DNA of 64,000 bases from Candidatus Portnoybacteria bacterium RBG_19FT_COMBO_36_7 (GTDB lineage: Bacteria > Patescibacteriota > Minisyncoccia > Portnoybacterales > GWB1-42-6): NCBI GenBank assembly GCA_001819495.1, contig MHMW01000018.1:3322-67321 (forward strand), written 5' to 3'. A model generated the notes under the pieces. It saw only the letters and a program-made list of their open reading frames with translations. It was not told where the DNA came from and made no database searches. Made by a program: the position numbers and the translations under genes. Below are positions 30,774 to 39,902 of this stretch, piece after piece. Position 1 is the first letter of the stretch, and every line of letters starts with the position of its first letter.

Positions 30774-30937
30774 AGCCAGCGGTCCCGCCATTGCGGGACG
30801 ACCGGAGTTTATCCCGCACCTTTTTGCTGAGCCGATGGTCGGGATTGAACCGACAACCTATCGCTTACGAAGCGATTGCTCTACCATTGAGCTACATCGG
30901 CATAAAGGTGCAGGGCTGCCGACTGAGCTACGCTGGC
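30774..30937 (-). pseudogene. Split remnant of a second tRNA (Thr-like) surrounding the intact tRNA-Thr
   Basis: 5' piece GCCAGCGTAGCTCAGTCGGCAG (30937-30916); 3' piece AACTCCGGT..CGCTGGCT (30809-30774); acceptor halves are perfectly complementary. Confidence 0.7.
30830..30901 (-). tRNA. tRNA-Thr (CGT)
   Basis: GCCGATG/CATCGGC acceptor; ATCGC-TTCGTAA-GCGAT anticodon arm; GGTTCAATCC T arm. Confidence 0.93.
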
Positions 30938-30982
30938 GATACACTTTTCAACCTATCATAAAACGTACCTCTTGTGAACTAC

Positions 30983-31042
30983 TTGACAAGATTTTTAGAA
31001 CTGATAAACTGACCTTATACCTATACCATAGGTATAGGTATA
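30983..31042 (+). promoter_or_regulatory. Copper operon promoter and probable CsoR operator
   Basis: TTGACA-16 nt-TAAACT, then palindrome TATACCTATACC-ATA-GGTATAGGTATA. Confidence 0.7.
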
Positions 31043-31063
31043 ATAATTTTTAATAAAACTTTT

Positions 31064-31333
31064 ATGAAAGACAAACAAGACGCTTTAGTAAATTTCAAAA
31101 AGGCCCACAGTCATCTGGCCAATCTTATCAAGATGACCGAGCAGGGCGAATACTGCATCAACATTATGCAGCAGAACCTGGCTGTCATCGGGCTTTTGAA
31201 ATCAGCCCATCAGATGCTGATGGAAAATCATTTAAACACCTGCTTCAAAACCGCGATGTCAACAAAGAACGAAAAAAGAAAGCAGGAGATGACGCAGGAA
31301 ATTTTGGGCGTCACAAGACTTTTTAATAAATAA
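31064..31333 (+). CDS. csoR: CsoR/RcnR metal-sensing repressor
   Basis: YCINIMQQ...HLNTC Cys-His-Cys pattern; first gene of the copper operon. Confidence 0.85.
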   Translation: MKDKQDALVNFKKAHSHLANLIKMTEQGEYCINIMQQNLAVIGLLKSAHQMLMENHLNTCFKTAMSTKNEKRKQEMTQEILGVTRLFNK

Positions 31334-31337
31334 AAAA

Positions 31338-32726
31338 ATGGACAATAAAATAAAAGAATTTACTTATGCCGTCCGCGGCATGCACTGCGCCTCCTGCGAA
31401 ATTCTGATAGAGAAAAAACTGCTGGAGCTGCCGCAGATAAAATCGGCCGACGCCTCAAACCCAAGGGGCCGGGTGACCATAGAATACGAAAACCAGAGGC
31501 CTTCTGCCAAAGAACTTTCGGCGATGTTTGAAAAAGAAAACTACGAATTTTTTGAAACATCCCAGAAAAAAGAGGAAAATCCGCCATCAAATAATCTGGC
31601 TAAATCCTTTCTTGTGGCTCTGGTTTTAATCGCCAGCTTCCTGGCGCTCAATAAGCTCGGCCTCTCAAAATTGATTAACGTCAACTCCGCCTCTTCCCTG
31701 CCGACATTCTTTGTCTTCGGCCTGCTGGCGGGTGTATCTTCCTGCGCCGCGCTGGTTGGCGGAATAATTCTTTCTATGTCAAAGCAATGGATGGCGCTTT
31801 ATTCCGCAAATGATTCGCTTCTTGTCAAATCGCGGCCGCACGTCATGTTCAACATCGGCCGCCTATTCTCTTATTTTGTTTTGGGGGGGATGCTCGGCCT
31901 CGTCGGCCAAAAACTCCATCTATCCCTAACTTTTTCATCGGTTCTGGTCATTGCTATCTCTGTCATTATGGTGTTTTTGGCTCTACAGATGATCGGCGTC
32001 AAGTATTTCAAACAGTTCCAGTTCGCTCTGCCAAAATCGCTCACCAGATACATCGCCGACACGTCAAATTTCAAAGGCCGCTGGATGCCGACTTTATTGG
32101 GTGCCTTAACTTTTTTTCTCCCATGCGGATTCACCATCACAGCCCAGGGGCTGGCTCTGCTTTCAGGAAATTTTTTCCAGGGCGGCATGATCATGTTTTT
32201 TTTCGCTCTGGGAACGTTATTTCCCCTGCTTGCTATCGGGCTTTCAAGCGTCAAATTTTCTTCAAGCCATCATATATCAAACCAGTTTTTAAAAGTGGCC
32301 GGGCTGGTCGTCTTATTCTTTGCTGTTTTTAACATCAATTCGCAATTGAATGTTTTTGGCTTCAACGGATTTAGTGATTTGGTTTCTGGCGCCGCGCAAA
32401 AAAATCCAGTCAATCAGCAAAATGATCTGCCGCCGATAGTGGAAGGCAAACAAATCCTTAAAATGAATGCCTCATCTTCCGGATACAGCCCCAGGACCCT
32501 GAAAGTCAGAGTCGGCGTGCCTGTTCGCTGGGAAATCACCGATATTGGAACAAGCGGCTGCACCAACGCAATAATTTCACGAAATTTATTCAGCGGACAA
32601 ATCAATTTGACGCCAGGCCGGACCAGCATTAAAGAATTCACTCCGCAAAAAGTGGGACAATACAGATTTTCCTGCTGGATGGGCATGGTGACAGGCGTCA
32701 TTGAAGTTATCGACAATAATTCATAA
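31338..32726 (+). CDS. HMA + DsbD-like transmembrane + cupredoxin-like domain protein
   Basis: GMHCASC; SSC and LPCG in the TM part; FSCWMGM at the C-terminus. Confidence 0.8.
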   Translation: MDNKIKEFTYAVRGMHCASCEILIEKKLLELPQIKSADASNPRGRVTIEYENQRPSAKELSAMFEKENYEFFETSQKKEENPPSNNLAKSFLVALVLIASFLALNKLGLSKLINVNSASSLPTFFVFGLLAGVSSCAALVGGIILSMSKQWMALYSANDSLLVKSRPHVMFNIGRLFSYFVLGGMLGLVGQKLHLSLTFSSVLVIAISVIMVFLALQMIGVKYFKQFQFALPKSLTRYIADTSNFKGRWMPTLLGALTFFLPCGFTITAQGLALLSGNFFQGGMIMFFFALGTLFPLLAIGLSSVKFSSSHHISNQFLKVAGLVVLFFAVFNINSQLNVFGFNGFSDLVSGAAQKNPVNQQNDLPPIVEGKQILKMNASSSGYSPRTLKVRVGVPVRWEITDIGTSGCTNAIISRNLFSGQINLTPGRTSIKEFTPQKVGQYRFSCWMGMVTGVIEVIDNNS

Positions 32727-32740
32727 TTCAGTGCAAAATT

Positions 32741-35017
32741 ATGGCCAATAAAATTATCCTGAAAATTTCTGGCATGCACTGTGCTTCCTGCGCTGCCAAC
32801 ATCGAACGCGCCCTGACAAAAGAAAAAGGTATCGTATCGGCTAATGTCAATTATGCTAACGAAAAAGCTTATCTGGAATTTAATCCGCAACAATCCTCCA
32901 TTGAAAGAATTAAGAAAGTTATTAAAGATACCGGCTACGCGGCAAACGAAGAATCTCGCGATATGACCATAGCCGGCCACCACGACCATCAAAAAGAAGC
33001 ATCCTTGAAAGAAATGACAAGTCTTAAAAAGCGCTTCTTTTATTCGCTCGTTCTGGGCCTGCCGGTTATTTACGCGGTTATGGGCGGACTGGCCGGCCTG
33101 CCTCTGCCTGAATTTTTTGAAAAATACGGCATGCCCATCCAATTTCTGCTTTCTACTGCGGTTATTCTGACCTGTTTTAACATCTGGACTTCGGGATTTA
33201 AAAGCCTTATCAAACTACGGCCAAATATGGATTCTCTGATATTTGTCGGCACGGCGGCCGCTTATTTTTACAGCTCTGCGCTTTTCGCTCAGACACTTTT
33301 TGGTGCAAAAATCGGAATGGAAAATCTCTATTTTGAAAGCGCGATTTTTATTTTAATCTTCATTTCCCTGGGCAAATATCTGGAAGCGATAACAAAAGGA
33401 AGAACATCCGAAGCGATAAAAAAACTGATAGGCCTGGCGCCAAAAGAAGCGACGATTATAAAAAATGGGCAGGAAGCGAGAATTCCGATTGCCGAGGTTC
33501 GCGAAGGCGATATAATTTTGGTGCGGCCCGGTGAAAAAATCCCGGTTGATGGCGTTGTTGTTGAGGGCTACTCGGCCGTTGACGAAAAAACCATTACCGG
33601 CGAAAGCATCCCGGTTGAGAAAAAAGAAGGCTCGCAAGTTATCGGCGCCACCATCAATAAAACCGGCTCATTTCGATTCCGGGCAACAAAAATCGGCAGT
33701 CAAACAATGCTAGCCCAGATAATAAAAATAGTTGAAGAGGCGATGGGTTCAAAAGCATCCATTCAGCTTATGGCCGATAGAGTATCCTTATATTTTGTGC
33801 CTGCGGTTATTACGATAGCCATTTTATCTTCTGCTATCTGGCTTTTTTTTGGATACCAGTTTGCATTTGTGTTAACAATCTTTGTTTCAGTGCTCATCAT
33901 CGCCTGCCCCTGCGCGCTGGGGCTGGCCACGCCGACAGCCATTATGGTCGGCTCGGGCCTGGCAGCGCAGCGCGGCATTTTAATAAAAACTGGAGATGCC
34001 TTAGAAATAGCCCGAAAAGTGAATTTTGTAGTCTTTGACAAAACCGGCACGCTGACCAGCGGCGAGCCGTCAGTAACTGATGTTTTAGGTGAAGGACAGA
34101 ATGAAATTTTACAGCTAGCCGCTTCAATTGAAAAAAAATCAGAGCATCCTCTGGCGCAAGCGATTGTAAAAAAAGCGGAGCAGGATAATATAGCGATAAA
34201 AAATGCCACTGATTTTGAAGCTGTCCCGGGCAAAGGAGTAAAAGCGAAAATTGACGGGCAAGAAATCCTATTTGGGACCCGTAAATTAATGGCTGAAAAT
34301 AATATCAAAATCGATTCTACGGAAAACGATATGATCGCTTTAGAAGATAACGGCAAAACAGTCATGATCCTGGCGGCCGATAGCAAAATTGTCGGCTTGA
34401 TCGCGGTGGCTGATACGCTCAAAGAATATTCTCAAGAAGCGATAGATATTTTGCATAAAATGGGCAAAAAAGTCGCTATGCTAACCGGCGATAATAAACG
34501 CGTCGGCCAGGCAATCGCCAAACAAGTCGGCATAGATTATGTAATTGCAGAAGTTCTACCTCAAAATAAAGCAAAGGTTATTAAAGATTTACAGGCAGGA
34601 AATCAAATTGGAAATTGGAAATTGGAAATTGGAAATTCCCGCCAGGGGCGGGTGGTGGCTATGGTCGGCGACGGCATTAACGACGCGCCGGCTCTCGCCC
34701 AAGCTGACCTTGGCATCGCTTTGGGTTCGGGCACTGATGTGGCCATGGAAACCGGCCAGATAGTTTTGATCAAAGACGACCTCCGCGATGTGGTGACAGC
34801 AATAGACCTGAGCAAATACACTATCAAAAAAATTAAACAGAATCTTTTCTGGGCGTTCATCTATAATGTCGTGGGAATACCGATTGCCGCAGGTATCCTC
34901 TTCCCTTTCACCGGATGGCTCATGAGCCCGACAATTGCAGCCGCTGCCATGGCTTTCTCCTCAGTATCAGTCGTCTCAAATTCGCTTCTGATGCGGACAT
35001 ACAGGCCAAAAATCTAA
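32741..35017 (+). CDS. copA: Cu(I)-translocating P1B ATPase
   Basis: [31 protein letters not shown] and MAFSS. Confidence 0.95.
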   Translation: MANKIILKISGMHCASCAANIERALTKEKGIVSANVNYANEKAYLEFNPQQSSIERIKKVIKDTGYAANEESRDMTIAGHHDHQKEASLKEMTSLKKRFFYSLVLGLPVIYAVMGGLAGLPLPEFFEKYGMPIQFLLSTAVILTCFNIWTSGFKSLIKLRPNMDSLIFVGTAAAYFYSSALFAQTLFGAKIGMENLYFESAIFILIFISLGKYLEAITKGRTSEAIKKLIGLAPKEATIIKNGQEARIPIAEVREGDIILVRPGEKIPVDGVVVEGYSAVDEKTITGESIPVEKKEGSQVIGATINKTGSFRFRATKIGSQTMLAQIIKIVEEAMGSKASIQLMADRVSLYFVPAVITIAILSSAIWLFFGYQFAFVLTIFVSVLIIACPCALGLATPTAIMVGSGLAAQRGILIKTGDALEIARKVNFVVFDKTGTLTSGEPSVTDVLGEGQNEILQLAASIEKKSEHPLAQAIVKKAEQDNIAIKNATDFEAVPGKGVKAKIDGQEILFGTRKLMAENNIKIDSTENDMIALEDNGKTVMILAADSKIVGLIAVADTLKEYSQEAIDILHKMGKKVAMLTGDNKRVGQAIAKQVGIDYVIAEVLPQNKAKVIKDLQAGNQIGNWKLEIGNSRQGRVVAMVGDGINDAPALAQADLGIALGSGTDVAMETGQIVLIKDDLRDVVTAIDLSKYTIKKIKQNLFWAFIYNVVGIPIAAGILFPFTGWLMSPTIAAAAMAFSSVSVVSNSLLMRTYRPKI

Positions 35018-35023
35018 TCAACC

Positions 35024-35050
35024 AAAAACGCCCCACAAGGGCGTTTTTTT
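35024..35050. terminator. Bidirectional intrinsic terminator
   Basis: aaaaacgccc-cacaa-gggcgttttt between convergent genes. Confidence 0.7.
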
Positions 35051-35068
35051 ATTTGACCTCGGTTCTTC

Positions 35069-35380
35069 CTAAAAGGAATACAGCAATATAAAAGTAATTA
35101 TAGTAACGATGAATAAACAGCCGACGGTGTAGGCAAGCAATGTAATCGCGTCCGATTTTTTGCCGTCCAGATAAAGCAATATCGGCCGACCAAGGATCAG
35201 CGCTCCGACAATTGTGGCCGAAATTACGAATAAAAGCAACAGCGCCACTGGCATCCAGAAACTTTCTGCCTTGCCGAAAAACTTTTCACCGTTAAACATC
35301 AGCCACGCCACGCCCGAAATATAAACGAACGCGGCCAGCGAATTAATGATGCTCCAAGATAATATTTTTGAGTTTTTCAT
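35069..35380 (-). CDS. Small membrane protein (3 TM)
   Basis: Hydrophobic ORF from MKNSKILSW; the longer ORF-track start overlaps tRNA-Gly. Confidence 0.7.
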   Translation of the reverse strand: MKNSKILSWSIINSLAAFVYISGVAWLMFNGEKFFGKAESFWMPVALLLLFVISATIVGALILGRPILLYLDGKKSDAITLLAYTVGCLFIVTIITFILLYSF

Positions 35381-35402
35381 AATTTTATTATTAATGATTA
35401 TG

Positions 35403-35473
35403 AGCGGGATACGGGAATCGGACCCGTCTCTCGACCTTGGGAAGGTCGCATAATACCGATATACTAATCCCGC
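35403..35473 (-). tRNA. tRNA-Gly (CCC)
   Basis: GCGGGAT/ATCCCGC acceptor; CGACC-TTCCCAA-GGTCG anticodon arm; T loop reads TCCGATT. Confidence 0.9.
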
Positions 35474-35503
35474 ACTTCGCCCCACAGACGGGCTCAGTAT
35501 AAA

Positions 35504-35926
35504 CTATCGGAAGAAAAACTTCCACCACTTTGAAAAATTAGATTCCATTTTTTTGACTGCCGAGGCCGGCAAAATATCTTTATTTTCCTCTTTTTGCGGC
35601 TGTGAATTTTGAGTAGCTAACGAATCTTTAAGCGGCTCGATTATCACCACTTCCTCCCCCGGTTTTTTCATATTTAATTTTTCCCTCGCTTCTTTTTCCA
35701 AAAAACTCTGACTGTCCAGATAATCTATCATTTCCGATATCTGCTGGTTAGATCTTTCCGCATTGCCAATCTGGGCTTTCAAATTATCGATTTCTTTGTT
35801 AATTTTATATTTCCTGTAATAGACATTGACCACGCTTAAAACCAGCCAAATAAAACCGAGCAATAGAAAAAACAGCGTTATCCGCGAACTTAATATTTTT
35901 TTTATTTTTGCGCCTTGCTCTGCCAT
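35504..35926 (-). CDS. Septum formation initiator (FtsB/DivIC family)
   Basis: TM, coiled coil and LEKEAREKLNMKKPGEEV motif. Confidence 0.8.
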   Translation of the reverse strand: MAEQGAKIKKILSSRITLFFLLLGFIWLVLSVVNVYYRKYKINKEIDNLKAQIGNAERSNQQISEMIDYLDSQSFLEKEAREKLNMKKPGEEVVIIEPLKDSLATQNSQPQKEENKDILPASAVKKMESNFSKWWKFFFR

Positions 35927-35952
35927 AAAAATATTGATATACTCAAAATATG

Positions 35953-36020
35953 CCAGGTAGTGAAAATTCGACTGCTGCCCGGCAACAAATCCTAAATTAT
36001 GTCGAATTTCTACTACCTGG
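35953..36020. mobile_element. MITE-like cassette (family A, 68 bp) at a start codon
   Basis: ccaggtagtgaaaattcgac...gtcgaatttctactacctgg flanked by TATG (35949-35952, 36021-36024). Confidence 0.85.
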
Positions 36021-36021
36021 T

Positions 36022-36120
36022 ATGAAAAAGGGACAAATTTTTAAGATTGTTTGGACGCTTGTCATTGTTTTAATTGTCTTGAGCATGGTAATTCTTTTAA
36101 TCGCACCAATTTTTTATTAG
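36022..36120 (+). CDS. 32-aa single-TM microprotein
   Basis: MKKGQIFKIVWTLVIVLIVLSMVILLIAPIFY; upstream TGnTATACT; below the ORF-track size cutoff. Confidence 0.55.
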   Translation: MKKGQIFKIVWTLVIVLIVLSMVILLIAPIFY

Positions 36121-36199
36121 ATGTTCTGTTTTTACACCTGAAAATCTTGTAAGAAAATCGCGCGAGCGATTTTTTATTTTCGCCATAAAGGTAATTCCG

Positions 36200-37999
36200 T
36201 CATTTTTTCAGGATCTCCAGAAAAGCTTTCTGCGGGATTTTTAATTTGCCGATGGCTTTCATCTTCTTTTTGCCTCGCTTCTGTTTCTCCAACAACTTTT
36301 TCTTGCGCGTGTAATCGCCCCCGTACAGATACCCTGTTACATCTTTCTTCATGGCCGCGATGGTTTCTCTGGCAATAATCTTTCCGCCAATAGCCGCCTG
36401 AATGGCAACCGCAAACATCTGGCGCGGCAAAACTTCTTTCAACTTTTTGACCATCTGTCTTCCTGTTTCAAAAACTTGGTCTTTTGGAATGATGCGGGCC
36501 AGCGCCGGTACCTCTTCGCCCGCCACTAAAATATCCATTTTCACAAGATCAGCCGCCCGCCAATCAGCCAGCTCGTAACTCATCGAGGCATAGCCGGAAG
36601 TAATGGATTTTAGTCTGTCGTAAAAATCAACAATAATCTCACGCAGAGGCGCTTCGTATTTTATTATAACTCTTTCAGCGCCCAAATACTGAGTAGCTTT
36701 ATACACACCGCCCGCCCCCTGCAATAATTTCATCACCGCGCCCAGATATTCATTCGGGCAGACCACTTCTATTTTTATCCAAGGCTCTTTTATTTTTTCT
36801 ATTTTGCTCGGCTCTGGTAATTCGTGCGGAGAAAAAATTGTTTTTTCCGTGCCGGAATGTTTTTCAATAATTTGATAAGCGACGCTGGGAGTGCTCAAGA
36901 CTAATTCCAGGCCATATTCCCGCTTGAGTCTCTCACTGACGATTTCTAAATGCAACATTCCCAGAAATCCGCATTTGAATCCCCTGCCCAGTGCCTCGGA
37001 TGATTCTGGTTCAAAGGTTAGCGAAGCGTCATTTAATTTCAGTTTATTCAGCGAATCTTTCAAATGTTCGAAATTCGCTTCTTCGGAAGGATAAAAAGAA
37101 GCAAAAACCATTGGTTTTGGTTCTCGGTATCCGGAAAGCGGCTCTTTTGCCTGTTCTGTAAAAAGAGTGATTGTGTCTCCAACGCGGCACATCACCACAT
37201 CCTTTAGGCCAGTGGCAATATATCCTATTTCGCCGGCTTCCAATGAGTCTTTTTGGATCAGCGCCGGCTTAAAAACCCCGACTTCCAAAACTTCTGCCTG
37301 AGCCCGAGAACCTATTAAATATATTTTGTCGCCTCTTTTTATTTTTCCGTCAAAGACGCGGATATATGCCAAAGCGCCCTTAAAAGAATCATAGACAGAA
37401 TCAAAGATAAGCGCCCGCGCCTGCTTCTCCGCATGCCCTTTTGGCGCGGGAATCTTTTCTGTCACTGCTTCAAGGACTTTTTCGACATTTAAGCCGTCTT
37501 TGGCCGATATTTTCAAAATCTCATCGCTTGACTGAATTTCACCCATGAATATTTCTTTTATTTCGCTTTCAACTTCGGCCACTCTGGCACTGCCCAAATC
37601 AACCTTATTTATTACCGGAATAACTTTTAATTTTTGGCCAAGCGCCAAATAAAAATTTGCCAGGGTCTGGGCCTGTACTCCTTTTGTCGCGTCAACCAGC
37701 AAAATTGCGCCTTCAACCGCGGCCAGAGAGCGCGAAACTTCATAGGTAAAATCAACATGGCCTGGCGTGTCTATCAGATTAAGGATAAAATTTTCGGCAG
37801 ACGACAGCCTGAAATCCATCCTGACGGGCTGTAATTTAATGGTTATTCCCCGCTCCCGCTCCAGATCCATCTGGTCCAAAAACTGTTCCCTCATCTTTCT
37901 TTTTTCAACCGTGCCGGTCAATTCTAAAAATCTGTCCGCCAAAGTGGATTTTCCGTGATCAATGTGCGCTATAATACAAAAATTCCTGATGTTTTGCAT
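36200..37999 (-). CDS. lepA: Translation elongation factor 4
   Basis: IRNFCIIAHIDHGKSTL, CGFLGMLHLEI and YGGDYTRKKKL; start taken at MQNIRNF. Confidence 0.95.
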   Translation of the reverse strand: MQNIRNFCIIAHIDHGKSTLADRFLELTGTVEKRKMREQFLDQMDLERERGITIKLQPVRMDFRLSSAENFILNLIDTPGHVDFTYEVSRSLAAVEGAILLVDATKGVQAQTLANFYLALGQKLKVIPVINKVDLGSARVAEVESEIKEIFMGEIQSSDEILKISAKDGLNVEKVLEAVTEKIPAPKGHAEKQARALIFDSVYDSFKGALAYIRVFDGKIKRGDKIYLIGSRAQAEVLEVGVFKPALIQKDSLEAGEIGYIATGLKDVVMCRVGDTITLFTEQAKEPLSGYREPKPMVFASFYPSEEANFEHLKDSLNKLKLNDASLTFEPESSEALGRGFKCGFLGMLHLEIVSERLKREYGLELVLSTPSVAYQIIEKHSGTEKTIFSPHELPEPSKIEKIKEPWIKIEVVCPNEYLGAVMKLLQGAGGVYKATQYLGAERVIIKYEAPLREIIVDFYDRLKSITSGYASMSYELADWRAADLVKMDILVAGEEVPALARIIPKDQVFETGRQMVKKLKEVLPRQMFAVAIQAAIGGKIIARETIAAMKKDVTGYLYGGDYTRKKKLLEKQKRGKKKMKAIGKLKIPQKAFLEILKK

Positions 38000-38201
38000 A
38001 AAATTTATCCCGAGCCCCTGCGAAGAATTATCCCATAAAACGCTGTTTTTCTCAACCCCGTTAAAAGTTTGATATTTATCCATTTATCTATCGGAAATCA
38101 TCCTTAGGCGATTCGCAAAAAATTTATATTGCCTTAATCAAACACGGCTAAATTTCCAAAGAATTCAACTTAAAAAGCAGATGTTTTCTCCATCTGCTTT
38201 T

Positions 38202-39902
38202 TTATAATTCTTCTGTCTCGCCCACTCCCACGTATTCTTCTGTTCTAAAAACTTTACGCCGGAAGGCGGCGGCCAAGTTTATCATTTCTTCCGATCTTAA
38301 AAGCAACGCTACCAGGATAAAAGCACCCCCGCCAATCATGGTGGCAAATAAAAGCTGGATCAATATTCCAATAAAGGTGTAGGTATTTAAAAACGGCTCA
38401 ATAAAATATAGACCAGCGTAGGCAGTCACTCCCGCCGCTATGCCGGCTGTTAAATATTTGATAAAGGCGACAATTATTTTTCTGCCTTCCAGGCGCCCGA
38501 AAAATCTGCGCAGCAGCACAAATAGAATGACTGTGTTAAAAAAAGAAGCGACTGAAAAACCAAAAGGCAAAGCCAGAACTCCGATATTGCCCAAACCTTC
38601 AAGTTTCAAAAAAGAAACAACTCCATTCATTACAGTAAAGTCACGCTCCAGCAGGTTTAAAAAAAGATAAGTTGAGGCGACGTTGATACCAATGGAAAAA
38701 AGACTGGAAAATAATGGGATCAACGAATTTTTTAAGGCAAAAAATGAACGGGCCAGCAGAGGCGAGATGCCCTGAAAAATAAAACTAAAAGCAAAAATTG
38801 CCAGGGCACCGGCCGCCAGCCTCGTCTCGTCCCAGGATAAGTTTTGCGTTCCAATAATAAGCCTGATTATCTGCGCCCGGAAAATGAAGGTCAGGATGGC
38901 TAAAGGAATGAGAAAAAAGAGGATTTGCCGGGCAGTATAGGAAAAATCCTGCCTGAATTTTTCCCGTTCGGCTCTGGCAATATGGTGGCTCAGCGAAGGA
39001 AAAACAGAAACCACAAAAGAGATGGCAAAAATACCCACCGGCACGGCCTCAATATTGTAGACCAGATTAAAGATCGAAACACTGCCGGCCACGAGAGTTG
39101 AGGCAATAATGGTACCGACCAGCTGGCTGATATGGGAAATATCGAGTGTGAGCAGGCGGGGCAGAATGAGCTTTAAAATTTCTTTCACTCCCCTGATTTT
39201 CAAATCAATAACTGCTTGCCAGGAAAAGCCAAATTTTATGACGCCGGGAACCTGAATGAGGATATGCATGAGCGCCCCGAAAATTACGCCGGCCACTGCG
39301 CCATAAATCCCCCAAATTGGCGCCAGGAACAAAATTCCAAAAATTATTCCCAGATTATAAAGCAGAGGTGCGATAGCCACCAGAGTAAAACTTCTGAAAG
39401 AATTCAAAATGCTGGAAAAAACGGAGCTGATGGAGAAAAGCCATGGCGATAAAACCAGGATTCTCGTCAAGTTGACTGTCAGACGATATTTTTCTCCGGA
39501 AAACCCCGGGCTAACAAGCTTAACTAATTCTGGCGCCAGAAAGAAAAGAGCGATAGACAAAATTCCGATAGCAATAAACACTAGATTTAAAATGGAATTG
39601 GCGATGCGCCAGGCCTCTGTTTTATCTCGGTTCAAGTATTCACAAAAAACAGGAATAAAAGCAACCGAAAGAGTAGCCAGAATCAGAAGGTTATAGGCAA
39701 AGTCTGGCACCTGAAAAGCGGCAAAATATGCGTCTAACGTGTCAGAAGCGCCAAATGAGCCGACTAAAAGCCTCTGCCTGATCATGCCCAGCACCCGGCT
39801 AGCTAAAGAAGCCGCCCCTATTAAGATGGCGGCTGAAGTGATGGTCTGCGTTTTGTTGTTAAAAATCCTTTCCAGGATTTTCTGTTTTATTTTATTTAAC
39901 AT
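38202..39902 (-). CDS. murJ: MurJ/MviN lipid II flippase
   Basis: SRVLGMIR, DAYFAAFQVPD and SVAFIPVF; about 14 TM. Confidence 0.88.
   Translation of the reverse strand: MLNKIKQKILERIFNNKTQTITSAAILIGAASLASRVLGMIRQRLLVGSFGASDTLDAYFAAFQVPDFAYNLLILATLSVAFIPVFCEYLNRDKTEAWRIANSILNLVFIAIGILSIALFFLAPELVKLVSPGFSGEKYRLTVNLTRILVLSPWLFSISSVFSSILNSFRSFTLVAIAPLLYNLGIIFGILFLAPIWGIYGAVAGVIFGALMHILIQVPGVIKFGFSWQAVIDLKIRGVKEILKLILPRLLTLDISHISQLVGTIIASTLVAGSVSIFNLVYNIEAVPVGIFAISFVVSVFPSLSHHIARAEREKFRQDFSYTARQILFFLIPLAILTFIFRAQIIRLIIGTQNLSWDETRLAAGALAIFAFSFIFQGISPLLARSFFALKNSLIPLFSSLFSIGINVASTYLFLNLLERDFTVMNGVVSFLKLEGLGNIGVLALPFGFSVASFFNTVILFVLLRRFFGRLEGRKIIVAFIKYLTAGIAAGVTAYAGLYFIEPFLNTYTFIGILIQLLFATMIGGGAFILVALLLRSEEMINLAAAFRRKVFRTEEYVGVGETEEL

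Noticed and set aside
30774-30937. Prophage or island attachment site at tRNA-Thr
   Set aside because: No integrase, and the extra tRNA pieces differ in sequence from the intact tRNA, so they are not an att direct repeat.
30667-31053. 128-aa plus-strand ORF, and the plus-strand ORFs at 27731-28145
   Set aside because: Antisense to tRNA genes and repeats; no recognisable protein features.
35381-35485. N-terminal part of the 138-aa ORF
   Set aside because: Overlaps tRNA-Gly on the same strand.
9600-36020. Family A cassettes as a CRISPR array
   Set aside because: Copies are dispersed and built from inverted, not tandem direct, repeats; no cas genes in the window.
37997-38040. CATAAAA direct repeat around a REP-like core at the lepA start as a sixth start-codon cassette
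   Set aside because: Lacks family A/B inverted ends, and an AT-rich 7-mer match may be chance; kept only as a REP-like remnant.
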